A stretch of DNA of 64,000 nt from positions 8,903 to 72,902 of the forward strand of contig JARLGU010000058.1 in the NCBI GenBank assembly GCA_031292625.1, read 5' to 3'. The notes under the pieces were generated by a model. That model was not told the origin of the DNA and did not search any database. It saw only the letters and a program-made list of their open reading frames with translations. Position 1 is the first letter of the stretch. Every line of letters starts with the position of its first letter. Position numbers and translations under genes: made by a program. This stretch comes from Capsulimonadaceae bacterium (GTDB taxonomy: Bacteria; Armatimonadota; Armatimonadia; Armatimonadales; Capsulimonadaceae). Below, piece after piece: positions 18,488-27,495 of the stretch.

Positions 18488-19389
18488 AAATGAGACAAAC
18501 GAAGGCTTTTACCCTTATCGAATTACTTATAGTAATCGCTATCATTGCGATACTTGCTGCGATTCTTTTCCCGGTATTTGCGACCGCGCGGGAGAAGGCC
18601 CGGCAATCTTCCTGTTCGTCGAACCTCAAGCAGCTTGGTCTTGCAATTACCCAGTATGAGCAAGACTACGATGAGATGACGATTCATGGAACGAATAACT
18701 GGGGCGGCGGCGTCGGCTGGGGCGGCTCGATTTACCCGTACGTAAAGAGCAAACAGGTATTCGTTTGCCCAAGCGATGTATCAAAAGGGACGATCATCTC
18801 GTCTTACGGTTACAACGGCAACTTTGAGGGATGGACATCGAGTGGGATGCCGCAGCCGATATCGACGACCAAGATGAACGCGCCTTCGCGGACGGTGATG
18901 CTGTTCGAGGTGCAAGGCAACATCGCGTCTGGCTATTGCGCCGGTTACGATGTGTCAAACGAAACGCAGAACCAAAAGCAATGCTCACCCGCGGGTGAGG
19001 GCACATCCGACGGCTCCTCCAACTTGAATGGCGCGGGCGTAGTCTCCGGCGGAGGCAGTCTAATGTATGCGTTCGGCTATCCCTATATGCCATCTGGAAC
19101 GACGATCACCCTTGGCCTCTATGCTTCACCGACCGGGAGACACTCCAATGGCGCCAACTTTCTGATGGCCGACGGTCACGTAAAGTGGTTGCTGGGCACG
19201 CAAGTGGGCGTCGGTTACGATGTCGATCCGGCCATGCAGGCACAGGAGAACCCTTCCTGGATAACCAACGCCGAGTTCCCGGTTCCCGGCTATTGCGGCG
19301 GCTCGTACATGAATCCTCCCTGGTGGGAGACGGCGCCGGCGACGAGCTGCAATGTGCCGTCGCTTGCGGCGACTGTGGCCTATCATTAG
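18484..19389 (+). CDS. Prepilin-type N-terminal cleavage/methylation domain protein, DUF1559-like with H-X9-DG motif (cassette A)
   Basis: [60 protein letters not shown]...[15 protein letters not shown]...[23 protein letters not shown] overlap with the LacI gene. Confidence 0.85.
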   Translation: MKMRQTKAFTLIELLIVIAIIAILAAILFPVFATAREKARQSSCSSNLKQLGLAITQYEQDYDEMTIHGTNNWGGGVGWGGSIYPYVKSKQVFVCPSDVSKGTIISSYGYNGNFEGWTSSGMPQPISTTKMNAPSRTVMLFEVQGNIASGYCAGYDVSNETQNQKQCSPAGEGTSDGSSNLNGAGVVSGGGSLMYAFGYPYMPSGTTITLGLYASPTGRHSNGANFLMADGHVKWLLGTQVGVGYDVDPAMQAQENPSWITNAEFPVPGYCGGSYMNPPWWETAPATSCNVPSLAATVAYH

Positions 19390-19433
19390 ACCTTCGATCA
19401 CGACGGTTGGATTTTGACGAGGAGTTTTCGATT

Positions 19434-22076
19434 TTGCACTATCCTTTAAGAACCCTCATTGCGGGTACAGCGGCTCTCGTTGTTTTCTCCGGCCCGAGCA
19501 TGGCCCAGTCCGGATCAAGCCAGATGTTTTCCTTCGTAGCAAATTGGGATCAGGCTGTGCCATCGAGCGCGGTCGACATGTCTGGCTTGAATGCTAAGCC
19601 CGCCGGAACGAACGGACGAATCGTCGTCAAAGACGGACACTTCGTCGAGTCGAAGTCTGGCCACAGGGTGAAATTTCTCGGCGTTAATTTCACGACGGCG
19701 GCGGACTTTCCCAACCATCGGGACGCCGAAGTCATCGCCGTGCGGCTGGCGCGCATGGGCATCAACATTGTGCGCATCCATCATGAGGATGCCCGTTCCA
19801 CGCGCTGGCCGTGGTCGCCTCTGTGGGTTCATTCCACCACGCAGCCTGCCGCGTTTTCCGCCGATGGACAGGATCGACTCGACTATCTTATCGCTCAGCT
19901 CAAGAAGAACGGAGTTTACGTCAACTTGAACCTGCACGTCAGCAATACTTATTATCCATGCGACGGCTTCCCGGCTTCGGTGCTCGATATCCCAACCGAA
20001 TTCGACAAGAGAGTGGACGAGTACGATCGCCGCATGATCGAGTTGCAAAAGCAATTCGCGCGCGATTACTTGCGCCACGTCAATCCGTACACGGGGCTCG
20101 CCTATACGGATGATCCATGTGTCGCGGTCGTCGAGATAAACAACGAGAATTCGCTGACCGGGTGGCCGAGCATTGGAGACGAATGGTGGTGGGAGCGAGT
20201 CGAGTCGTTCACCGCGCTGCCTGAGCCGTTTCGCGGCGAACTGTTGACTATGTGGAACAAGTGGCTCGCCAGGAAATACACATCGGATACCGCACTCCGG
20301 AGTTCGTGGATTTCGAACGAGCAACTGGGCACGCCGGTTACAGCCGAAAATTTGCTCGCGCGCGGCGGCGGCATTCGGTGGGAACTTGAAGATCAAACGC
20401 ACGCCGCGAAGCTCGAGCCGGACGGCGATTCAGGGACTATCCGAGTGGACGCCCCAACGCTGCCCGACGCCGCTTGGAAGGTTCAAGCGCTCGCAAAAGG
20501 CGTCGACCTTTCGGAGGGCGCCTCATACGTGCTGACTTTTCGCGCAAAGTCGACCGAAAACCGTCCTATTGCGGCGTACGGGAGCATCGATATCGCGGAT
20601 TGGCACGGCATCGGATTTCATGATAAGCTCACGATCACTCCGGAATGGCAGGAGTACCGAATCCCTTTTTGGGCGGACAGCCTTATACCCGGGCATAACC
20701 GGATCGCTTTCGAGATTGGCGGCGCGACTTCCCCGGTTTGGCTGAGCAATGTTGTCCTCCGGCGCGCGTCCCGAGACGAGGTTTTGCCGGAAGGGCAATC
20801 CCTGGCGAACGGCACGGTCGGTCTTCCGTCGAGAGGAGCCAAGCAGGCTTGCGCCGACTGGATCCAATTCCTGGCCGACACAGAGCGTTCCTACGCCGAT
20901 GAAATGCGAGCCTTCCTTCACCACGATCTTGGCGTAAAATCGTGCATCATCGAATCCCAGGTCAATTACGGCGGCCTTTCAGGAATGGCGCGCGAGGCGG
21001 ACAGCGATTTTACCGACGCGCATGCGTACTGGCAGCATCCGGAGTTCCCTGGAACATCGTGGGACCCCGACAATTGGTTCGTAAAGGGCACGCCAATGGT
21101 ACAGGCTCTTGCAGATGGCCAGTGGTCCACGCTTGAGACCCTCGCATGCAACCGTGTCGCAGGCAAGCCGTTTACCGTCTCGGAATATAGCGAGCCGGCG
21201 CCGAACGACTATCAGGCTGAGATGATGCCAATTATTGCGAGCTATGCCGCTCTCCAGGACTGGGACATGATCTACCTGTTTGAGTATGGAGGGTATAGCG
21301 CCAAGCAGCCGCAAGACCGAATTCAAGGCTTCTTCTCGGTTGCCCAGAACCCCGCGAAGGAGACATTTTTCCCATCCGCCGCGCTGATTTTCCGGAGCAA
21401 TGGAATGCCGCCCCTTGCTTCAACGACGACTTTGAGCGTCGCGCCAAAAAGTATCGACAGGGCTGGCGATGCTCTGAATGAATGGTCGGTCGCGAACGGC
21501 GGAAGACCAGAAGATCTCTTCGCCGCCCGGCTGCAGACGCGGGTCGCCAGTAAGGCCGCACTCAGCTCCATTGCGCGGACAAAATTCTCGGACGCCAACC
21601 ATTCGTCGGTTCGTATCCAGCGCGGCGGCAATGGCGCGATCTATGTGTCGTCGAGCGATAAGGCGATTTCCGCTGCCGGCTTCTTTGGCGGGCAGACGAT
21701 CGAACTTGGCCCGGCAGCTTTCGCATTCCCATCATTCGGCAATAACTTCGGAGCGTTCACCCTTGTCACGCTCGATGGCAAACCGATCGCCTCTTCGAAC
21801 CACGAGCTTCTGACAATCACCGGCAAGGCTGAAAATCTGGACATGGGCTGGAACGCTAACCGCACGAGCGTAGGAAGCCGCTGGGGCCGCGGACCGGTCC
21901 AGGCCGAAGGGATTCCCGTCATGCTCACCTTGCCCCGTCCAGGGCTTCGCGTGTGGGCCCTGTCAACCACTGGCGAACGAACAAGCGAGGTTCCAATCGT
22001 GCAGACGGATGGCAAGGCAGTTGCCACGCTTGGACCGCAATACCGCACAGTCTGGTACGATATTGGGGTGAACTAG
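19434..22076 (+). CDS. Secreted clan GH-A (GH5-like TIM-barrel) glycoside hydrolase with a CBM4/9-like module
   Basis: Start reassigned to TTG 19434 (GAGGAG 9 nt upstream), giving the signal peptide MHYPLRTLIAGTAALVVFSGPSMAQ. VKFLGVNFT...GINIVRIHH...VAVVEINNENSL (NE acid/base motif). CBM-like segment WKVQALAKGVDLSEGASYVLTFRAKS..EWQEYRIPF. Confidence 0.65.
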   Translation: MHYPLRTLIAGTAALVVFSGPSMAQSGSSQMFSFVANWDQAVPSSAVDMSGLNAKPAGTNGRIVVKDGHFVESKSGHRVKFLGVNFTTAADFPNHRDAEVIAVRLARMGINIVRIHHEDARSTRWPWSPLWVHSTTQPAAFSADGQDRLDYLIAQLKKNGVYVNLNLHVSNTYYPCDGFPASVLDIPTEFDKRVDEYDRRMIELQKQFARDYLRHVNPYTGLAYTDDPCVAVVEINNENSLTGWPSIGDEWWWERVESFTALPEPFRGELLTMWNKWLARKYTSDTALRSSWISNEQLGTPVTAENLLARGGGIRWELEDQTHAAKLEPDGDSGTIRVDAPTLPDAAWKVQALAKGVDLSEGASYVLTFRAKSTENRPIAAYGSIDIADWHGIGFHDKLTITPEWQEYRIPFWADSLIPGHNRIAFEIGGATSPVWLSNVVLRRASRDEVLPEGQSLANGTVGLPSRGAKQACADWIQFLADTERSYADEMRAFLHHDLGVKSCIIESQVNYGGLSGMAREADSDFTDAHAYWQHPEFPGTSWDPDNWFVKGTPMVQALADGQWSTLETLACNRVAGKPFTVSEYSEPAPNDYQAEMMPIIASYAALQDWDMIYLFEYGGYSAKQPQDRIQGFFSVAQNPAKETFFPSAALIFRSNGMPPLASTTTLSVAPKSIDRAGDALNEWSVANGGRPEDLFAARLQTRVASKAALSSIARTKFSDANHSSVRIQRGGNGAIYVSSSDKAISAAGFFGGQTIELGPAAFAFPSFGNNFGAFTLVTLDGKPIASSNHELLTITGKAENLDMGWNANRTSVGSRWGRGPVQAEGIPVMLTLPRPGLRVWALSTTGERTSEVPIVQTDGKAVATLGPQYRTVWYDIGVN

Positions 22077-22190
22077 TAAGTCCACTAGACACAAGCGCGT
22101 GCCGATGCCTCTTTCCTGGCCCGATGATGGTCATGGAGGCGTCTGTCTGTGACGACCGTCTTTTGACACGATTTCAAGGAGATACGGATC

Positions 22191-23195
22191 ATGAAAAATC
22201 CATTTGGATTTTGTACTCTGATTGCTGCTGTTGTCTGCGCCGCATGCCTCGCTTCGTCCGAGGCGAATGCGCAAACCCCGATTCTAAGCTTTTCATCGTC
22301 CGGAGGTGGTTGGGGGACGTGGGTCGCCGACGATGCAAAAGCCACCGTAGCGCCCGACAACCCGGCGCCGGAGTCGGTAACCAACTTGCTCCAACCCGCC
22401 AATATACCCGGGGCATGGAACATCAGCTTCGCGTTCCCCGATCAATCAAAGGCGTCCATTGATGGCGATTCGCTTTGCATCCATCAGGATAAAGTCGGGG
22501 CGGACCCGTGGCTCGCAAGCATCAGTCAGACGGATCTTCCGATAAAGGAGGGGCAGGCTTACGTTCTTAGCTTTAACGCGAAGGCCGACAAAACGAGACC
22601 AATATTCGTGACCATGCAGAACTTTGGCTTCTCATCCGGGGATTGGCATGACCTGGGCCTTGCGCAAGACGTGCAACTGTCCTCAGAGTGGCAATCCTAC
22701 TCATACTCCTTTACCGCATCGAAGCTCACCCAGGACGGATCCGCACTATTCATCCACGTCGGCCAACAGACAGGCGCCGTATGGGTTTCCGGCTTCAGTC
22801 TTAAGCCAGCTTCTGGAACTCTAACACTCCCGGTTCCTTCCAAAGCGGTTAAGGTCTCGCTTGAAAAGCCGAGCGACACCGATTGGCATGTCCAGTACAT
22901 TTCTGACCCGTTCGACCTGATAGATGGGCACAAGTACGCACTTAGCTACATGATTAAATCGGATGTGCCTCGCAAGATTAGCTGCATGGCCCGTCTTAAC
23001 TGTCCGGACTGGCATGCAGTCAGCGACGCAGACTGGTCGGTCTCAGCGGCGCCCGCGTGGCGATCTCATCGAATCGTGTTTACCGCGAAACACTCGATGC
23101 CCGGTCACAACGTCGTCGTATTCAATCTAGGCGGTTCAGGCAGCGGCTCTTTCGTATCGATTGGCGACGTGAAGATGGTCGACCTGGGCAACTAG
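22191..23195 (+). CDS. Secreted protein with two CBM4/9-like carbohydrate-binding modules
   Basis: Signal peptide MKNPFGFCTLIAAVVCAACLASSEANA. Two repeats of the pattern ...DPW...Q..L.I.EGQAYVLSFNAKADK / ...DLIDGHKYALSYMIKSD... AAGGAG lies upstream. Confidence 0.55.
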   Translation: MKNPFGFCTLIAAVVCAACLASSEANAQTPILSFSSSGGGWGTWVADDAKATVAPDNPAPESVTNLLQPANIPGAWNISFAFPDQSKASIDGDSLCIHQDKVGADPWLASISQTDLPIKEGQAYVLSFNAKADKTRPIFVTMQNFGFSSGDWHDLGLAQDVQLSSEWQSYSYSFTASKLTQDGSALFIHVGQQTGAVWVSGFSLKPASGTLTLPVPSKAVKVSLEKPSDTDWHVQYISDPFDLIDGHKYALSYMIKSDVPRKISCMARLNCPDWHAVSDADWSVSAAPAWRSHRIVFTAKHSMPGHNVVVFNLGGSGSGSFVSIGDVKMVDLGN

Positions 23196-23687
23196 CCAGG
23201 CAAGCCGTTTAATTGCGCCTCGGTGGAAAAGGGGCGGCGCGATGTCCTAACCAATCGCGTCGCCTCGCGACCCTATCGAATCTTGGCATCGATCCGGCGA
23301 CGGTCATCTGGCTGGCCAACTGCGCCGATGTCAAGCTGACCTGGAACACCGTCCAGAACATGGGAAACTACGGCAAATCTTTCAGGACTTTCGCTTGCTG
23401 TGCGTTAAGCGAGTGGTTATGCTAAATTGGTCAGGACGTAGGAATGCTCCGTGGCCGCTGGGCCATTTTTCAAGCGCTTCGCGTGCGGCTTGCCAACAGG
23501 CTGCGTGTTAAGCGGCTAGAGAAAAATGGCCAGCCCGGCCAGACAGGGCATCTTAATCCTCATCTTCTCTTACAAAGCGAAAGTCCTATCTTTTATCGTC
23601 ACAGCGCCGACTGCGTAGAACACCACGAGGCACCGTTTCAGGGTTGCTATTGTCAAGTGGCGATCCTGGAACGCCCCCACCCTCCTG

Positions 23688-24128
23688 TTACAGGACAACG
23701 TAGACACTCCCGTCGTCGACCTCGACCGGATAGGTCGCAACCCGGCTCTTCGCGTCGTAGAGCGCCTTGCCGGTTACGACATCGAACTCCCATCCGTGCC
23801 ACGGACACCGGAGCACGCGACCTACCAGGCCGGGATGAAACTCGCGCGTCTCGCCGGGCTCGTGACTCGCATGCAAAGTGCCCCGGCACAACGGGGCGCC
23901 ATTGTGCGGACAAACGTTCTTGATCGCACGCAGCGAGCCGTCGATACGAAATACGCCAACGGACAGCCCGGGCCGCGGCTCGACGATCAGCCTCGCTCCC
24001 TCGGCGATATCCACGTCGCGCGCGACGAGCACACGAATGCCCTCGCGAGCCTTCGCAGGTCCAGCGCGGCGAATGATATCGAAGGCTTGGTCGAGCGGCG
24101 CTGGGCTCGTCGTAGTCTTATAGCTCAT
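23688..24128 (-). CDS. Rieske [2Fe-2S] domain protein
   Basis: CPHNGAPLCRG ... LRCPWHGWEF (CxH...CxxH). Confidence 0.85.
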   Translation of the reverse strand: MSYKTTTSPAPLDQAFDIIRRAGPAKAREGIRVLVARDVDIAEGARLIVEPRPGLSVGVFRIDGSLRAIKNVCPHNGAPLCRGTLHASHEPGETREFHPGLVGRVLRCPWHGWEFDVVTGKALYDAKSRVATYPVEVDDGSVYVVL

Positions 24129-25189
24129 TTCGCTTCCTCCGAAATCCGTCCCTCCCGATTTGCCGGCGGGAGTCCGTATAGATCAGCGGCGTTGTCATAG
24201 AAGATACGCTGCGCTAAGTCCGACGGCATCCGAGACGGCAGCGCCTTACGTGGATCATCGAAGTCCCAGTGGGGATAATCGCTGGAATAGCACAGAATCG
24301 TCTCCGCGTGAAGCATGCCGAAAAGTTGCAAAAGCTTTTCGCTGTCCGGTGGCTCCTCGATAGGCTGCGTAGTCAACCGGATATGCTCAAGTGCGTATTC
24401 GGATGGGAGACGCCGGAGCCACGGCACGGTCGAACGCAAGGCTTTAAAGTTCTTGTCCATCCGCCACAACAGCGACGGCAACCAGCCAATGCCGCCTTCG
24501 ACGAGCAAAACATTGAGCGATGGGAAGCGCTCGAACGTCCCCTCCGCGATGAGGCTGACGCAATGCGCCTGGAATGTCAACGGCAAAGTCGTGTGCCATT
24601 CGAAATAGGACGATGGCATACCGACGGGCGTCGACGGCGTCCTCGCGCCTTCCGCGCCTGGATGAAGCGCAAACACGAGGCCCATTTCGCAACAGGCCTC
24701 GTAGACCTCGTCGTAGGCCCGATGACCGTACAGGTGCGTGCTCTCTCCGGTAACAAGGACCTGAACGAGTTGCTTGTGGGACCCAACCCTGCGGATTTCG
24801 CGGGCGGCCGCCTTGGGATCGTTCATATTGACGCTTATTGAGCCCAGGAATCGCGGGTCGGCGTCGAGAAACGTCGCCGTTTGCCAATCGTTCCAGGCCC
24901 GCGCCATCCCGTTCGCGACATCGATATTGTGCGTAAGCCCAGCGTAGATTCCTTGTGGCTGCAGGACGGCAAAGCGAACGTTGTAGGGATCGAGATAGTC
25001 GCGGCCGGCAGCGACCGGATCCACGCATGTCGCATCGCGGCGGATGACGCCGAATGGGTTGGCATACCCTGCGCCCGGCATGCTTGCCATGCCTTGCTTA
25101 ACGGCCTCGCGAATGTCGTTTGGCACGAATGGCTGCAATGGGTGCTCCGGCGATTCGAGCGGGTGTACGTCGCAATCGATGATCTCCAT
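24125..25189 (-). CDS. Amidohydrolase-2 family (ACMSD-like metal-dependent hydrolase/decarboxylase)
   Basis: From ATG 25189 (AGGAGG upstream): MEIIDCDVHPLESPEH...; later HPG.., SDYPHWD. ATGA overlap with the Rieske gene. The 67-aa N-terminal extension in the track was rejected. Confidence 0.8.
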   Translation of the reverse strand: MEIIDCDVHPLESPEHPLQPFVPNDIREAVKQGMASMPGAGYANPFGVIRRDATCVDPVAAGRDYLDPYNVRFAVLQPQGIYAGLTHNIDVANGMARAWNDWQTATFLDADPRFLGSISVNMNDPKAAAREIRRVGSHKQLVQVLVTGESTHLYGHRAYDEVYEACCEMGLVFALHPGAEGARTPSTPVGMPSSYFEWHTTLPLTFQAHCVSLIAEGTFERFPSLNVLLVEGGIGWLPSLLWRMDKNFKALRSTVPWLRRLPSEYALEHIRLTTQPIEEPPDSEKLLQLFGMLHAETILCYSSDYPHWDFDDPRKALPSRMPSDLAQRIFYDNAADLYGLPPANREGRISEEAK

Positions 25190-25362
25190 GGGTTGGCCTC
25201 CTGTTTGAGAAAGAATAACATCGAGAACCGTTCTCCACAACATAAATCTTGTGCTTTCGTGAACATTTCTTGCCAACGATCTCGCCAAGCGAGCTTGGTG
25301 ATCACAGATCAAAAAACGCAAAGACAATTTATGGATAGTCCGCAAAAGGACACAAAAGCCGC

Positions 25363-25419
25363 TTGACAGCCGTTCGGGTATGCTGTACAATGAGCTTGTT
25401 ATATTCTGTTATTTTACAG
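25363..25419 (+). promoter_or_regulatory. Promoter TTGACA-17-TACAAT with TGTACA-containing inverted repeat (candidate operator of the chimeric GntR/LacI regulator)
   Basis: TTGACA 25363-25368, TACAAT 25386-25391. Inverted repeat CTGTACAAT (25383-25391) / ATTTTACAG (25411-25419). Confidence 0.4.
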
Positions 25420-25432
25420 AAGGATTTCCAGT

Positions 25433-26563
25433 ATGGCGCAACGGAAGACAACGGGGGAGCGAAGACGATCGCTCGCAGACAGCCTCAGACGCGCAGCGCG
25501 CGATGGCAGCCTGCCGGTCGGGACAATGCTTCCCACGGTGCGGGAGCTGTCGGCCGAGTATCAGCTTTCCGTTTTCGCGGTTTCCAAGGAGCTTCAGGTC
25601 CTTGTCGACGAAGGCATTCTCTACACGTCCCCACGCGTCGGGACATTCGTCGGCCAATCCTTAGAGCACATTTCGCGGTGCTTCTTGCTTACGACGGCAT
25701 CCGCGCCGTTCATCCCGTTCATCAAGCTCGGCTTTGAAGAACGCATCGCGCAACTTGGCGCGTCCAGCCTCGTATTGCCCGTCGACGAGGCAGTCGGAAA
25801 CCTTCACGCGGGGACGCTGCCCGAACTCTCGGGCGTGTTCGACTTTGCGACAAGCGAACGATCTCCGGTCGCCTGGCCGTCCAGCGACGATGTCCCGCTC
25901 GTTCGCTTTGCCGACCGCGACGTGGTCGAGCCATCTGACCCGCACCACCACGCAGACCGAATCTACTTTGATGAAGCGGGAGGCGGCCGGCAGGCTACGT
26001 CGTATCTTCAACGATTAGGACACACGCGCATCGCTTATGTTGCCCTGCATACATCCGAGGATCATGCCTACTATCTCTGGTCGGCCAAGCGTATGCACGG
26101 TTGGCGAGACGCCATGGACAGGGCCGGACAGGATGTCTCCGACCTGATCTTCCTCCCTGCTGAGGAACCTAGCGATCTGTACGACGAAACCGCGACGGCA
26201 GCGAAAGCTGCTCGAGCAATGATCGGGCGCGCCGATATCACGGCTGTCGTCGGCGCCAACGACAACGCCATTGCCGGCTTAATCCAAGCGTTGCGCGAGA
26301 GCCATGTACCGGAATCGCGGTGGCCTGCGATGGTCGGCTTCGACAATCAGGCGGAGGTCAATCGTCACGTCCTCACATCGCTGCGTCTGCCCTGGGAAGA
26401 CGTCGGACGCGCCGCGGCTCAGCTCCTCTGGGACCGCTCATCCGGTCAATTGACGGGCCCGCCGGAGTTTGTATCCATTGCCATGCGTATGATTGCGAGG
26501 CCGGGCACAAACCACGGCGTCCTTGGCAGCGGGCGCAGCGCGAAAGCGTTGGCGGTAACGTGA
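25433..26563 (+). CDS. AraR-like chimeric regulator: GntR-type wHTH + LacI/GalR-type sugar-binding domain (cassette B)
   Basis: [44 protein letters not shown] (GntR HTH), followed by a LacI-type periplasmic-binding-fold region (RIAYVAL..., [18 protein letters not shown]). Confidence 0.8.
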   Translation: MAQRKTTGERRRSLADSLRRAARDGSLPVGTMLPTVRELSAEYQLSVFAVSKELQVLVDEGILYTSPRVGTFVGQSLEHISRCFLLTTASAPFIPFIKLGFEERIAQLGASSLVLPVDEAVGNLHAGTLPELSGVFDFATSERSPVAWPSSDDVPLVRFADRDVVEPSDPHHHADRIYFDEAGGGRQATSYLQRLGHTRIAYVALHTSEDHAYYLWSAKRMHGWRDAMDRAGQDVSDLIFLPAEEPSDLYDETATAAKAARAMIGRADITAVVGANDNAIAGLIQALRESHVPESRWPAMVGFDNQAEVNRHVLTSLRLPWEDVGRAAAQLLWDRSSGQLTGPPEFVSIAMRMIARPGTNHGVLGSGRSAKALAVT

Positions 26564-26609
26564 GATTGCACGTAATCGCGACGATTTGGATTTTGAAAAG
26601 GGGAAGAAT

Positions 26610-27449
26610 ATGAAGACAAAGGTAAGCAAGAATCATCGAATAGCGTTTACTCTTATAGAGCTTCTCGTAGTTATTGCCATCATTGCAATTCTTGCAGCAA
26701 TCCTATTTCCGGTATTCGCGACGGCGCGGGAGAAGGCGAGGCAGTCGAACTGCACAAGCAACATGAAGCAACTTGGAATGGCGTTTGTACAGTATACGCA
26801 GGACTATGACGAAACCGTGCCCTGCGGACCTTACGTCTACGAGTTCGGCGTCGGTTGGGCGTCGCAGCTTTATCCCTACGTGAAGTCGACGGGAGTATTC
26901 CGATGTCCCGACGATATGACGCCTGATGGAAACGGCCATGTAACGTCCTATGCCTATAACCAAAACTTTGGAACCAACGTCTGGGGCGTTAGCAATAAGG
27001 GCGATTCTCTCGCGCAGTTTGCGGCGCCTGCGAAGACCGTCGTCTTGTCCGAGATCAGTGGAGATGCAAGCGACGACGTCACAAAGCTCGCGAATGCTGC
27101 ATCTCCCGTCGGCTACGGTCTCGTCGCCTGGTACGATCCATACAGCCAAACGGCCAGCGTCTCGAACACGTGCACGAGCACGCCGGTCTTACAATACGCG
27201 ACGGGATATATCGGCGGCCGCGCCGGCGACTGTCACTACAATGCGCCTCTTGGACGCCACAACAACGGCGCCATCTACCTGCTTGCTGACGGACACGCGA
27301 AATGGCTGTTGGGCAGCTCCGTAAGCGGCGGCACAAACGCGGGATCGTCGAGTTGGGGACAGGCGACGGCGACGGGTTTCGTCAACGCGGCCGGCACGAG
27401 CGGGACCGTGAGCGGCGTCCCGGTCACCGCGACGTTCAGCATTATGTGA
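26610..27449 (+). CDS. Prepilin-type H-X9-DG (DUF1559-like) protein (cassette B)
   Basis: [99 protein letters not shown]. Confidence 0.85.
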   Translation: MKTKVSKNHRIAFTLIELLVVIAIIAILAAILFPVFATAREKARQSNCTSNMKQLGMAFVQYTQDYDETVPCGPYVYEFGVGWASQLYPYVKSTGVFRCPDDMTPDGNGHVTSYAYNQNFGTNVWGVSNKGDSLAQFAAPAKTVVLSEISGDASDDVTKLANAASPVGYGLVAWYDPYSQTASVSNTCTSTPVLQYATGYIGGRAGDCHYNAPLGRHNNGAIYLLADGHAKWLLGSSVSGGTNAGSSSWGQATATGFVNAAGTSGTVSGVPVTATFSIM

Positions 27450-27495
27450 AAGCGCACACGCAATCAATCGCCCCCCCTGAAAGGTAATTACGATC

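Noticed and set aside
19185-19433. 5' extension of the 963-aa ORF overlapping the end of the pilin gene (18484-19389)
   Set aside because: The extension is Arg/Gly-rich with no signal peptide and overlaps a well-supported gene. An in-frame TTG at 19434 with GAGGAG upstream gives a canonical signal peptide.
23444-23923. 159-aa plus-strand ORF
   Set aside because: Its 3' half is antisense to the Rieske gene and Arg-rich. The 5' half lies in non-coding DNA without an SD or homology.
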